From NCBI GenBank assembly GCA_038150265.1, contig JAYOTF010000006.1:6909-70908 (forward strand): a DNA stretch of 64,000 nucleotides. Reading direction: 5' to 3'. The position numbers and the translations under genes are program-made. Numbering within the stretch: position 1 is the first letter of the stretch; every line of letters begins with the position of its first letter. Positions 8,588 to 18,232 of the stretch are shown in pieces. The notes beneath the pieces are model-generated. The model made no database searches, was not told where the DNA came from, and worked only from the letters and a program-made list of their open reading frames with translations. The stretch is from Deltaproteobacteria bacterium (GTDB taxonomy: Bacteria > SAR324 > NAC60-12).

Positions 8588-9573
8588 AAGTCTCGTTTGA
8601 AGAACAGGCCATACTCTCCCGGGACGTGGTCCTGAATGACGCCAAAGTAGTCATGCCAGGGGGGACGAGGACGGCGTTCTCGGCTTTGGTGGTAGAGGCG
8701 GGTGGCCGAGAGGGGCCAGTGGTTTTCCAGGAATTCCTTGAGGACCGAATGCTCCCCCAGCCCTTCAAACACCATGGCTGAGGTTTGGGAATTCTTGGCA
8801 TAGTTTTCGAGGTGCCAGAGGACCGGGTCGCGCTCGCCGTTCTTGAGACGAGCCTCCAGCATGGCGGTGCCCTGAAAGTCGATCTTGATCCAGTCCGCGT
8901 AATCGAGCAACTCCCGGTGGACCTGCTGATCCATGCGGTTGGTGTCATCAAGAGCAAGCCGGAGCCCAAGCTCTTCCGAGAGGAAGCGGATGGTGTTCAG
9001 GTAGTCTTCCGTGATGCCTTCGTTGACCTCAAAGTAAAACTGCTCCTGCGATTCCGGAAACAGGTCCAGGATGGCTTTCAGGGCCCGAGGATAATTGAGG
9101 TAGTCGCCATCAACGTTTTGGGTAAACACCAGCGGGCGTGAGGGCGCTTCATTGCGGGAGAGGTGCTCCTTGAGCAAGCGGACGTTGAGAAACGCGGCAA
9201 CAAGGGAGGCAAAGCGGAAGAGAATGGAGGGGATGCCGAGCTCCTTGCACTGGGCCTGGATCTTCCCAAAGCTGTTGCCAAAGCGGTCGGCGGCCAGCAG
9301 TTCAAAGCCGTGGGTGGCGACTTCGTGAGTCGGGACAAACACATCGATGGCCTCGGCCTTGGTGCTCATCCACCGCAGGTAGGCAATGGCCCGGCTGCTG
9401 AGGCGCGACCACTCCTGTTCCAGCACTTCCCGCAAGATGGCTTCCATGAGCGCGGGAAAGCAGGGGCAGGGAAGCGCAGGTGCCAGGGGCTGAGCCACTT
9501 GTTCCAGCAAGGGGCGCTGAAGCCACTCGGCAGCAGACAAGGAAGGGTTGGTATCCATGACTGTTGGCGTCAA
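8578..9573 (-). CDS. divergent stand-alone EAL-domain protein
   Basis: EAL motifs in the expected order: GFELLA, FTQNV, FYFEVNE, LRLALDDTN, DWIKID, MVFEGLGE, YHQ. Start is either the TTG overlapping the dnaB stop or the ATG at 9558. Confidence 0.65.
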   Translation of the reverse strand: MTPTVMDTNPSLSAAEWLQRPLLEQVAQPLAPALPCPCFPALMEAILREVLEQEWSRLSSRAIAYLRWMSTKAEAIDVFVPTHEVATHGFELLAADRFGNSFGKIQAQCKELGIPSILFRFASLVAAFLNVRLLKEHLSRNEAPSRPLVFTQNVDGDYLNYPRALKAILDLFPESQEQFYFEVNEGITEDYLNTIRFLSEELGLRLALDDTNRMDQQVHRELLDYADWIKIDFQGTAMLEARLKNGERDPVLWHLENYAKNSQTSAMVFEGLGEHSVLKEFLENHWPLSATRLYHQSRERRPRPPWHDYFGVIQDHVPGEYGLFFKRDLCD

Positions 9574-10919
9574 GGTTCTCCGAGGGCAAGGTTCGCGAAC
9601 TTGGTGTACTGCCCAATGAAGGCGAGGCGACGGGTGCCGATTTCGCCATTCCGGTGCTTGGAGATGATGATCTCGGCAATTCCCTTGTCCTCAGTGCTGT
9701 CATTATACACTTCATCGCGGTAGATGAACATGATCAAGTCGGCGTCTTGCTCCAGGGCGCCGGATTCCCGCAGGTCAGCCATCATCGGGCGCTTGTCGGC
9801 CCGGCGTTCCAGGTCGCGGTTGAGCTGCGAGAGCGCAAGAACCGGCAGGCCAAACTCCTTGGCCACGGCCTTGAGGGCCCGGGAAATTTCCGAAATTTCC
9901 TGCTCCCGGGAGTCAATGCGGCGTGTGGAGCTCATCAACTGGAGGTAGTCAATGACAATCAGTCCGATTTCCGGATGCTGCTGCTTGACCTGCCGGGCGA
10001 CCTTGCGGATGTAAGCGGGGTTGATGCCCGATTGATCGTCGATGAAGAGCGGGGCATCCATCATCCGGGTGGTGGCCTCCAGCAGCTTGTCCCAGTCTTC
10101 CTGATCGAGGTTGCCTCCCCAGAGCTTGCGGCTGTTGACGCGAGCCTCGCTGCAGATCAGGCGCATGGCGATGTGCTCCTTCGGCATCTCCAGACTGAAG
10201 ATGAGGGTCGGGATCTTCGCATGGGCGGCGGCATAGAGGGCAATGTTCATCGCAAAGGCGGTCTTTCCCATCGATGGACGGGCAGCCAGGATGACCAGGT
10301 CTCCACGCTGCAGACCGCGGGTCAGCTCATCCAGCTCAGTGAAACCTGTGGGCACGCCGGTGACCGCTTCCGGAGCCTCTGAGAGCTTCTCCAGTTGCTC
10401 AAAGTTGGTGAGGAGGATCTCCTTGAGGGGGCTGAGGTTCCCTCCGCTGGCTCGGGCTTCAATGGCCCGGAGGCGCTCGGTGGCTTCGGAAAGGAAGGCC
10501 GTGATGTCTTCGGTGCCCTCCTGGCCTCGTTTGGCGATCTCATGCGCCGCGGCAATGATGTCACGGAGTTGACTCTTCTCGCGGACAATCCGGGCGTAGT
10601 GCTCCACGTTTTCGGGAACCGGCGTGTTCTGAGCCAGCTCCAGCAGGTAGTCCGGGCCACCAATCGGGTCGAGCTGTCCCTGGTCATTGAGCCAGCGTGC
10701 AATGGTCAACTCGTCAAGCGGGGTGCTCTCCTGGTGGAGCGTCAGCATGGCCTGAAAGATCCGCTGGTGCGCGGGAGAGAAGAAATCGGAGGGCATGAGG
10801 GCGTCGAGGACGACTCCCATGACGGAGTTCCGGATGATGATGGAACCCAATACGGCCTGCTCGGCGAACTTGTCGTGCGGAAGCAGTTCTTCGAGGAAGT
10901 TCGTCTTGGCCGTGGACAT
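9570..10919 (-). CDS. dnaB: replicative DNA helicase DnaB
   Basis: PH..AEQAVLG N-domain, AARPSMGKT Walker A, IDYLQLM, LSQLNR, DLRESGALEQDAD, KHRNG; ATG at 10919. Confidence 0.98.
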   Translation of the reverse strand: MSTAKTNFLEELLPHDKFAEQAVLGSIIIRNSVMGVVLDALMPSDFFSPAHQRIFQAMLTLHQESTPLDELTIARWLNDQGQLDPIGGPDYLLELAQNTPVPENVEHYARIVREKSQLRDIIAAAHEIAKRGQEGTEDITAFLSEATERLRAIEARASGGNLSPLKEILLTNFEQLEKLSEAPEAVTGVPTGFTELDELTRGLQRGDLVILAARPSMGKTAFAMNIALYAAAHAKIPTLIFSLEMPKEHIAMRLICSEARVNSRKLWGGNLDQEDWDKLLEATTRMMDAPLFIDDQSGINPAYIRKVARQVKQQHPEIGLIVIDYLQLMSSTRRIDSREQEISEISRALKAVAKEFGLPVLALSQLNRDLERRADKRPMMADLRESGALEQDADLIMFIYRDEVYNDSTEDKGIAEIIISKHRNGEIGTRRLAFIGQYTKFANLALGEP

Positions 10920-10944
10920 AGGCTCCGGACTGAGTCGGGAGGGA

Positions 10945-10967
10945 GGAGCCGGAAGGAATCCGGCTCC
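10945..10967 (-). terminator. stem-loop between rplI and dnaB
   Basis: 9-bp perfect inverted repeat ggagccgga-N5-tccggctcc just after the rplI stop; no U tract. Confidence 0.35.
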
Positions 10968-10974
10968 GGAGAAA

Positions 10975-11517
10975 TCAGGCGTCGGCCTGAGCGGCTTCGT
11001 CCGCCTCTTCGGCGTCCATTGCCTCATCAGAAACTTCCGGCTCGGCCGGGGCTTCTTCAACTGGCTTCGCCTCAAATTCACCTTTGACGGCAACGGTGAG
11101 GTCGATGCGGACTTCGGTGTGAACCCGCAGCGAGAAGCCGTGGGTGCCGACGTTGCGGATCGGCGACTCGAGGGTCACGGCGCGGCGCTCAAACTCGTAG
11201 CCTGCATCAGCCAGCAGCTGGATGAGGTCGCGGTTGGTCACGGAGCCAAACAGGTGACCGCCCGGACCCGCCTTGCGGGTCACTTCCAGGGTCAGGCCCT
11301 TGATGGCTTCAGCCTTTTGTTTGGCCTCGGAGACTTCGCTTTCACGGAGCTTGTTGAGGTACACGAGCCGGTGCTCCAGCTCCTTGGACTTCTTGCTGTT
11401 GGCCAGCAGAGCCATGCCGCGGGGAATCAGGTAGTTGCGTCCGTAGCCGGGTTTCACTTCAACGGTGTCACCGAGCGAGCCCAGGTTGGGGACGTCTTGG
11501 GTGAGAATCAGTTTCAC
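10975..11517 (-). CDS. rplI: 50S ribosomal protein L9
   Basis: MKLILTQDVPNLG..GD.VEVKPGYGRNYLIP; LFGSVT; acidic tail. Confidence 0.98.
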   Translation of the reverse strand: MKLILTQDVPNLGSLGDTVEVKPGYGRNYLIPRGMALLANSKKSKELEHRLVYLNKLRESEVSEAKQKAEAIKGLTLEVTRKAGPGGHLFGSVTNRDLIQLLADAGYEFERRAVTLESPIRNVGTHGFSLRVHTEVRIDLTVAVKGEFEAKPVEEAPAEPEVSDEAMDAEEADEAAQADA

Positions 11518-11558
11518 GGTAGTTCCTTGACGTTTGGGGTGGTTTCGTTCGGGAACCC

Positions 11559-11837
11559 TCAGGCGGAGAGCCCGCTGGTTGGAGAAAGCAGAGCCAGGTT
11601 CCGGGCGCGCTTGATGGCCAGACGCAGCTTGCGCTGGTACGGCGCCGAGACTCCGGAAATCCGGCTGGGAACGATTTTTCCCCCTTCGGTGATGTAGTCC
11701 TTGAGCAGGTCAACGTCCTTGTAGTCAATGCGATCAACGCCTGCGTCGTTGAACGGACAGGTTTTGCGTTTGCGCTTGAGCAACACACTGGCCGGAATGC
11801 GATGGCGGCGGCGTGGGCTTTTTCCTTTACGTGGCAT
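11559..11837 (-). CDS. rpsR: 30S ribosomal protein S18
   Basis: [26 protein letters not shown]...[12 protein letters not shown]. Confidence 0.98.
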   Translation of the reverse strand: MPRKGKSPRRRHRIPASVLLKRKRKTCPFNDAGVDRIDYKDVDLLKDYITEGGKIVPSRISGVSAPYQRKLRLAIKRARNLALLSPTSGLSA

Positions 11838-11864
11838 AAAATTCTCCAGAGTTCAAAAGGGGGA

Positions 11865-12326
11865 TCAGGCAGCTGATTCTTCTGTTTTCGTTTCTTCGGT
11901 GGCTTCGGCTTCTGCAGCAGGAGTCGCCTCTTCCTTGCTCTCCTTGGCGTCTTCCTTCTTCTCTTCCTTGGCTGCTGCGGCTTCCTCTTCTTCGGTCGGA
12001 CGCTTCAGCAGTTCCATGAAGTACGACACCTCCTCAGCGATGCTTTCCACCTGAATGCTCTGGTAGCGCAGGATGTGCTCGTTGTAGCCAAACTGGCGGT
12101 GCAGCTCGTCCACGGTGGTGCCAGCGCCCTGAATGTACCAGACCACGTAGTGGCCGAAGTCCTTTTTGTTGATCGGGTAGGCGAGGCGTCGACGGCCCCA
12201 GACGATCTCTTCCGCAATCTCACCACCATTGCTGGTGACAACGTCACGGAACTTGTTCAGCAGTTCGCCCTGCTCCTCCTCCGAAAGCTCGGTGGAGACG
12301 ATGAACACACATTCGTAAGCTTTCAT
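11865..12326 (-). CDS. rpsF: 30S ribosomal protein S6
   Basis: MKAYECVFI...WGRRRLAYPINK..GHY; acidic tail. Confidence 0.97.
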   Translation of the reverse strand: MKAYECVFIVSTELSEEEQGELLNKFRDVVTSNGGEIAEEIVWGRRRLAYPINKKDFGHYVVWYIQGAGTTVDELHRQFGYNEHILRYQSIQVESIAEEVSYFMELLKRPTEEEEAAAAKEEKKEDAKESKEEATPAAEAEATEETKTEESAA

Positions 12327-12333
12327 TTGCTAC

Positions 12334-12367
12334 TTTCCTTACGGGTTAGCCCTTGCGGACAAGGAAA
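12334..12367 (-). promoter_or_regulatory. S6:S18 ribosomal-protein leader (autoregulatory RNA)
   Basis: Minus strand tttccttgtccgcaagggctaacCCGtaaggaaa: an outer stem sequesters the SD (aagga) and an internal loop carries the CCR motif typical of rpsF leaders. Confidence 0.75.
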
Positions 12368-12433
12368 CAAACCTGAGGAACCTCAGGTCATGCCGCCCTT
12401 TGCGGCGTGGCTCACAGGAGCCAGCTTCAACCG

Positions 12434-13525
12434 TTAAACGTTGAAGCGGAAGTGCATGATGTCGCCATCCTGCACCACGTACTCGCGTCCTTCCAGACGC
12501 CACTTGCCTGCCTCCTTGACGGCCTGTTCGGAGCCAAGGGCATCAATGTCAGTGTAGTGAAAGACCTCTGCGCGGATGAAGCCTTTCTCAAAATCGGAGT
12601 GAATCTTTCCGGCTGCCTGCGGCGCTGTGGCGTCGCGCTTGACCTCCCACGCCCGGACTTCCTGCTTGCCGGAGGTGAAGAAGGTGATCTGGTTGAGCAG
12701 CTGGTACCCGGCGTGGGTGAGTTGCTGCAGTCCGGAAGACCCAATGCCCAGCTCTTCCATGAAGGCCTGGGCTTCCTCGTCTTCCATCTCGGACAGCTCC
12801 GACTCCACCTGCGCACAAATGGGGATCACCTCGACGCCCTCTTCCTGAGCCCGGGTCCGGAGGGCCTGCTCAAACGCACCTGGGGTCCGGAGCCCGTCTT
12901 CATCGACATTGGCGATGTAGAGGTAGGGCTTCTGGGTAATCATCTGCAGGTCCCGGAACAGCTCCAGCTCTTCCTCACTCAGGTCCAGGGTCCGGGCCAG
13001 CTTGCCTTCGTTGAGGTGCGCGATCATGCGGTCGTACACCGGAAGCGTCTGCTGCATGGCCTTGTTGGCCTTGGACTGCTTCTCCACGCGCTCTCGCTTG
13101 CGCTCCACCTGTTCCAGGTCGGCGAGGATCAACTCCGTGTGGATGACGTCTACGTCGCGGAGCGGATCAGGGGCGCCTGAAACGTGGACCACGTTTTCGT
13201 CATCAAAGCACCGGACGACGTGGGCGATGGCATCCACCTGGCGGATGTGGGAGAGGAACTTGTTCCCCAGGCCTTCCCCCTGACTGGCGCCCTTGACGAG
13301 TCCGGCAATGTCCACCACCCGCAGCGTGGCCGGAACAATGCTGTCCGGCTCCACCAACTGAACCAGACGCTCCAGGCGAGGGTCCCGAACTGGAACAATC
13401 CCCACGTTGGGATCAATGGTGCAGAAGGGGTAGTTCGCGGCTTCGGCCTGAACTTTGGTCAACGCGCGGAACAGGGTGGATTTCCCAACATTGGGAAGGC
13501 CCACAATTCCAATTTCAAGGGCCAT
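12434..13525 (-). CDS. ychF: redox-regulated ATPase YchF
   Basis: [44 protein letters not shown]-terminal FRFNV. Confidence 0.98.
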   Translation of the reverse strand: MALEIGIVGLPNVGKSTLFRALTKVQAEAANYPFCTIDPNVGIVPVRDPRLERLVQLVEPDSIVPATLRVVDIAGLVKGASQGEGLGNKFLSHIRQVDAIAHVVRCFDDENVVHVSGAPDPLRDVDVIHTELILADLEQVERKRERVEKQSKANKAMQQTLPVYDRMIAHLNEGKLARTLDLSEEELELFRDLQMITQKPYLYIANVDEDGLRTPGAFEQALRTRAQEEGVEVIPICAQVESELSEMEDEEAQAFMEELGIGSSGLQQLTHAGYQLLNQITFFTSGKQEVRAWEVKRDATAPQAAGKIHSDFEKGFIRAEVFHYTDIDALGSEQAVKEAGKWRLEGREYVVQDGDIMHFRFNV

Positions 13526-13531
13526 GGAATT

Positions 13532-14164
13532 TCAGGAAGGAGGCAGCGTCCCCGCTTCTTCAGGCTCAGAAGCTGGGGAAGGGAGACGAGGTTTCTTTTT
13601 GGGGGGCAGCACCGAAAGCGACGTGCTGCTCCACCGTGAATTTTTGGCGTACTTTTCGAGAAAATCGGCGACCCGCAGAACGGTTTTGTGTCCAAGCTCG
13701 GCGCCTTCTCCGGTCCAGTTTCCGAGCACGTATCCCGTCACCTGCTCCTTCTGGGCCGGGCGACCAATGCCAATCCGGACGCGCCGGAAGGCATCGGTTC
13801 CCAGTTGTTCAATGATGGAGCGCAACCCATTGTGTCCACCATGCCCGCCCCCTTCACGGGTTCGGGCTCTTCCGGGAGGAAGGTCAAGGTCATCGGAAAT
13901 GACCACGACATCCTCCGGATTTAATTTGTAGAACCGCAGGCACTCCGAGACGGCAAAACCGCTCCGGTTCATGTAGGTCTGCGGCTTCATGAGCATGAGC
14001 GCATCGTCTCCCGAGCCCTGCCGGAAGAACTCGCTCTGAAACTTCGTCTGGGCGGTGCTGAAGCCGAGACGCTGAGCCAGCTCATCAATGACCTTGAAGC
14101 CCACGTTGTGGGGGGTGGATTCGTACTCACGTCCGGGATTTCCGAGTCCCACCAACAGCTTCAT
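13532..14164 (-). CDS. pth: peptidyl-tRNA hydrolase
   Basis: KLLVGLGNPG, HNVGF, KPQTYMNRSG, GGHNGLRSI, RVRIGIGRP. Confidence 0.97.
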   Translation of the reverse strand: MKLLVGLGNPGREYESTPHNVGFKVIDELAQRLGFSTAQTKFQSEFFRQGSGDDALMLMKPQTYMNRSGFAVSECLRFYKLNPEDVVVISDDLDLPPGRARTREGGGHGGHNGLRSIIEQLGTDAFRRVRIGIGRPAQKEQVTGYVLGNWTGEGAELGHKTVLRVADFLEKYAKNSRWSSTSLSVLPPKKKPRLPSPASEPEEAGTLPPS

Positions 14165-14177
14165 GGGCAATCAGGGC

Positions 14178-14783
14178 TTACTTGCCTTGCTTGTCCGCAG
14201 CGGCAGCGGCAGCGATCTGACGGGCGGCGCGTCCCACGATGGAGGCGACGGTGAAGTTTTCGCTGCTGGCGAGGGTCACCCGCTCCGGCATTTGCAGATC
14301 CGACGCCCGCAGGGTCACCCCGAGGTCGAGGTTCGTCACATCAACGTCGATGGTGCTGGGGATGCTGTCGGGGTAGCAGAGCACCTGGATGTTGCGCAGC
14401 GGAAGCTGCATCACCCCACCGCGCTTCACCCCGGGGGACTCCCCAACGGTGCGCAGCGGAATGCTCAGCTTGAGGCGACTGCCCGCCGGAGGCTCACGGA
14501 AGTCAAGGTGCACCAGCTGGTGCTTGTAGGGGTGCTTTTGGACATCTTGCAGCAACACCTCACCTTCCCAGTCCTCGGCGCCGTTGACCTTGAGCTTCAT
14601 CAGCTCATGACGTCCGGAGTACTTTTCCAGGGAGTGGCGGGTCGCTTCTTCGTCCATCTCAAGGGAGAAGTTGCCCCGAGGGCCATAAAGAACGGCGGGA
14701 ATTTTCCCTTCGCGGCGAAGGCGCTGGTTGTCGACTTTTCCAGTCGCTTCGCGCAGGGTGGCGTTGAGCTGCATCTCTGACAT
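14178..14783 (-). CDS. rplY: 50S ribosomal protein L25/Ctc
   Basis: RLRREGKIPAVLYG, QKHPYKHQLVHLDF, GVKRGG; upstream of pth as usual. Confidence 0.95.
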   Translation of the reverse strand: MSEMQLNATLREATGKVDNQRLRREGKIPAVLYGPRGNFSLEMDEEATRHSLEKYSGRHELMKLKVNGAEDWEGEVLLQDVQKHPYKHQLVHLDFREPPAGSRLKLSIPLRTVGESPGVKRGGVMQLPLRNIQVLCYPDSIPSTIDVDVTNLDLGVTLRASDLQMPERVTLASSENFTVASIVGRAARQIAAAAAADKQGK

Positions 14784-14824
14784 GGGTTGCTTTTCCAGAA
14801 TACGGTGAAAAAAGGCAAACCCCT

Positions 14825-14853
14825 TATTTAACCGGATTCCTGAGAGCAGTCAA
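14825..14853 (-). promoter_or_regulatory. putative sigma70 promoter of the rplY operon
   Basis: TTGACT-17 nt-TAAATA on the minus strand upstream of rplY. Confidence 0.55.
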
Positions 14854-14869
14854 TGCAAAACTCGTTGGG

Positions 14870-16843
14870 TCAGTGCCGAATCTCCGGACGTCGAACGAGT
14901 TGGAAGATCTTTGCCTCAACAAAGAGGTTGAGCAGGTCGCGGTCGATGTGCTGGTCCTTTGCCTCGAACTCGAGGATCTGCAGAGCCCGCTCGGCCGGCA
15001 TCGCTTTCTTGTAGGGGCGGTCCCACGCGGTGAGGGCGTCGTAGATGTCAGAAATGGTCATCATCTTCGACTGAATCGGAATCTCTTCCGCCGTCAGCTT
15101 GCGGGGGTAGCCGGAGCCATTGAGCTTTTCGTGGTGCGCGTAGGCAATTTCCGGAACCCGGGCGAGGCCCGTGGACCAGGGAATGATGTTGAGGAAGTTG
15201 AAGGTATGGGTCACGTGCGACTCAATTTCCTGCCGGTCCTGCTCATTCAGGGAGCCCTTGGGCACCGAGAGTGAGCGGACCTCATGAGGCGTGAGGTAAG
15301 GCGTCAGGAGCTGATTGGGGTGCGCAAAGGTCAGGTTGCCGATCTCCTGAAGCTTTTCGAAGCCTCCTTGCGCCAGCACGGTGGGCTCGTTCGCCCGGAT
15401 GATGAACTTGAGGTACTCGTCCAGTTCCGTCAACTCTGCCTGCAGCTGCTGCTGATCCTGTTCCACCAGCGCGAGGGCGTCCTCGCGGTTTTTTTCCAGA
15501 AAGTAGTCCAGTTGGCGCCGGGTGGCCCCGAGCTCCAGCGTTTGCCGGATGATCCGGAACCGGTCCATGACGGCCTGTTGCTCCTCGGGGTAGAGCTTCT
15601 TGGCCTTGACGAGGACACTTTCCCGGACTCCAATTTTTCCGAAGTCATGGAGCAGGGAGGCGTAGCGGATTTCGTCGAGTTGCTCCCGGGTGAAGTTGAC
15701 ATCGGCAAAGGGGCCGGTGTTGCGCTGGTGGGCGATCTCGGCGAGCGCAATGGTCAGGGTGGCAACCCGGCTGGAGTGACCCGAGGTGGTGGGGTCTCGT
15801 GACTCGATGGCCTTGACGCTGGCGTTGATGAAGCCGTCAAAGAGGATGCTGATGGAGTCCACCAGTTCCGCATTCTGCAGAGCGGTGGCGGCTTGCGAGG
15901 CCACGGACTCAATCAGCTGCGTGTCTTCCGCCGTGAAGCTCCGGACGCTTTCTTCGATCTGGGGGACGGTTTCGAGGACCATCCCGGGGCGTGGCTTCTT
16001 GTTGATGAGCTGAATGACCCCGATGACCCGGTTTCGGCTGTCCAGCATGGGGACCGCGAGGATCGACTTGGTGCGGTAGTGGTACTGCTCATCAATCGGG
16101 CGGCCTCCCCAGCGGAACTCCGAGCCATCGTCCAGGTGGTAGGCATCTTCGATGTTCAGCGGCGTGCCGTGCAGGATGGTGAAGCCGTACACCGAATCCT
16201 GATTGATCGTCAGGTTGTGCTCTTCCAGCTCCAGGGTCCGGGATTCGTTGCGGTGGACGGCAAAGCGGAGCTGCTTGTTGCTGAGGTAGTTGTTGGGGTC
16301 CTCAGGGGCGTCCTCAATGCTTTCCAGCAGGTAGAGGCTCCCGCCGTCGGCACGGGTGAGCTTCATGCTGTTGGTGACAATCAGCTCCAGCAACCGGTTG
16401 ATGTTCTTCTCTGCAGAGAGGGACACCCCGATCTCATGCAGCTCATTGAACTGCCGGTTCTGCAGGCGGATGTAGGCTTCCAGGTCGGTCACCTTCCACA
16501 GCTGCTCGACTTGCCGGAGCCGCTTTTTGAGGATGAAGTGCCAGCGGGAAGGGGTGAGGGTGTCCAGGTGGTGCAGGTCCAGCATTTCCGGACTCTGCTC
16601 TTCCGGCAGAAAGTCATGATCGTGGCTCAGGAGGACCGCATAAAATCCTTTGGGCGCTTCCTGCCGCAGGAGCTGCCACATGGCATACTCGGCATCATCC
16701 AGGATCAACAGCACAGGCCCCTTCAGCTGCATGGCGTCTTGCAGGTGCTGGATGGGCTCCAGGGTTACTGTTTCATCAAAGTCCGGAAGATTTCCGACAA
16801 CCGGATGAGACATCAAGGAGGAAGTAAGACAAAGACGGACCAT
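14870..16843 (-). CDS. GAF + HD-GYP cyclic-dinucleotide phosphodiesterase
   Basis: GAF (ADGGSLY, TKSILAVPM, GVIQLINK); RDPTTSGHS, LLHDFGKIG, HHEKLNGSGYP, DIYDALT..RPYK; SD aaggag. Confidence 0.92.
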   Translation of the reverse strand: MVRLCLTSSLMSHPVVGNLPDFDETVTLEPIQHLQDAMQLKGPVLLILDDAEYAMWQLLRQEAPKGFYAVLLSHDHDFLPEEQSPEMLDLHHLDTLTPSRWHFILKKRLRQVEQLWKVTDLEAYIRLQNRQFNELHEIGVSLSAEKNINRLLELIVTNSMKLTRADGGSLYLLESIEDAPEDPNNYLSNKQLRFAVHRNESRTLELEEHNLTINQDSVYGFTILHGTPLNIEDAYHLDDGSEFRWGGRPIDEQYHYRTKSILAVPMLDSRNRVIGVIQLINKKPRPGMVLETVPQIEESVRSFTAEDTQLIESVASQAATALQNAELVDSISILFDGFINASVKAIESRDPTTSGHSSRVATLTIALAEIAHQRNTGPFADVNFTREQLDEIRYASLLHDFGKIGVRESVLVKAKKLYPEEQQAVMDRFRIIRQTLELGATRRQLDYFLEKNREDALALVEQDQQQLQAELTELDEYLKFIIRANEPTVLAQGGFEKLQEIGNLTFAHPNQLLTPYLTPHEVRSLSVPKGSLNEQDRQEIESHVTHTFNFLNIIPWSTGLARVPEIAYAHHEKLNGSGYPRKLTAEEIPIQSKMMTISDIYDALTAWDRPYKKAMPAERALQILEFEAKDQHIDRDLLNLFVEAKIFQLVRRPEIRH

Positions 16844-17019
16844 TCGGTCTCCTTACAAGAGTGATATGCCCTTCAGAAACTCAAAGACCTCACCATAAAA
16901 CGGCTGACACTGCAAGCTGAGTCCCGTTCTGGGGCCTGCGGAAGAGGCGGGCAGGCAGCAGCGGTTTCCCGATCAGGAATCCGGTCGGTGGATTCTGTCC
17001 GAAAGAGGGAGTTTTCAGT

Positions 17020-18207
17020 CTACAGGATGAAGCCGATTCGCAGCATGGCTTCAATCTGAACCCGCTTGATCTCATAGCTCGTTTCCGTCCCGTTGAGCGT
17101 CATCACCGTTTCCTGATTGGTGAGGCCGAAGAACAAAAACAGGGTGTCGAGCTTGAGGTAAATCCGTTCCGTAGGCGAGTACTTCAGAGACATCATGGTC
17201 GTGACCACGCCCTGATCAAAGTCGTAGCTTCCGTTGGTCTCGTTGTAGGGGTCGTAAAAGTCGAAGTACAGGGCATAATGGGAAATGCCGATGCCGAGCA
17301 ACCCTTCCAGGCTCCGGAAGCGTCGCTCCCGCTCAAACATGAGGGAAAAGGACTGGGCCTCGCCGTCGCCACCGACTTGCACAAACCCTTCTCCGGCATG
17401 CTCCACGCCAGTGACGGGCGCCAGGCAGGTCAGGAAGCTGAAGCTGTGCTGCAGGCTCCACTTGTTGCTGAAGCCGAAGGCGCGCCCCGTTTCAAAGTGA
17501 ACATCGTAGTAGGGGTGGACGTCGTCCTGCATCGGGGTCAGGTTGAAGAGGAAGCTGTTGCAGGCTCCGAACTGCAGGTGCAGCTCGGGATACAGGGCCT
17601 CTGAGGCCGAGGTGCCGGAAGTGGAGCGGTCGGCAGCAGCGTCGGTTTCGTCCGGAGCGTCTGAAGCGTCCACGGTCTCCCCTGCCGGAGAGGCGGGAGG
17701 CGTTTGCGCCAGAGAAGGCGGCTCCTGCAGCAACTCGTCGGTCTGCTGAAGCTGCTCCAGCATCCGGAGGACGACTTCGCTGATTTTCTCATTCAGCTGG
17801 GCGAGGGAGCAGCCCTCACAGGTCGCCGTCCGGACCATCCGGGCGCTGTCTCGGTTGATGGCAGTGAGCGAAAGCTGGGTGAAGTCATCGCTCCGGGAGA
17901 TGTTGAAGAGAAAGAGGTAGTCCACCTGCAGCACCTGCTGGATGATCGCAAAGCACTGATCTTCGGTACATTCTTCAAAATCCATCTCGTCGAAGGCCAC
18001 GTCTCGCGCCTGCTCAAAGGCTTTTTGTGAGGCCAGGGTAAAGTGCAGGGACAGGTTCTCCTGCAGAGTGAGAAAGAGGATGTTCTGATCCACTTCCGAG
18101 AAATCACCCAGCACTCCCAGGGGCGCAAGACCCGCCGGCAGCCGGGCGGTCCAGGCTGAGGACGGCAGAAGCACAAGAAGGGAAAGGGCAACCAGCAGAC
18201 GGGACAT
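17020..18207 (-). CDS. secreted or outer-membrane hypothetical protein (N-terminal alpha/beta domain, linker, probable C-terminal beta-barrel)
   Basis: Signal peptide from ATG 18207; C-x4-C and C-x2-C in the N-domain; acidic linker; amphipathic strands ending IEAMLRIGFIL. Confidence 0.6.
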   Translation of the reverse strand: MSRLLVALSLLVLLPSSAWTARLPAGLAPLGVLGDFSEVDQNILFLTLQENLSLHFTLASQKAFEQARDVAFDEMDFEECTEDQCFAIIQQVLQVDYLFLFNISRSDDFTQLSLTAINRDSARMVRTATCEGCSLAQLNEKISEVVLRMLEQLQQTDELLQEPPSLAQTPPASPAGETVDASDAPDETDAAADRSTSGTSASEALYPELHLQFGACNSFLFNLTPMQDDVHPYYDVHFETGRAFGFSNKWSLQHSFSFLTCLAPVTGVEHAGEGFVQVGGDGEAQSFSLMFERERRFRSLEGLLGIGISHYALYFDFYDPYNETNGSYDFDQGVVTTMMSLKYSPTERIYLKLDTLFLFFGLTNQETVMTLNGTETSYEIKRVQIEAMLRIGFIL

Positions 18208-18232
18208 GAGCAGTTTGACGGGAGAGGAGGGT

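Noticed and set aside
9570..10919. Intein in DnaB
   Set aside because: Length is about 449 aa and the motifs are contiguous, leaving no room for an insertion
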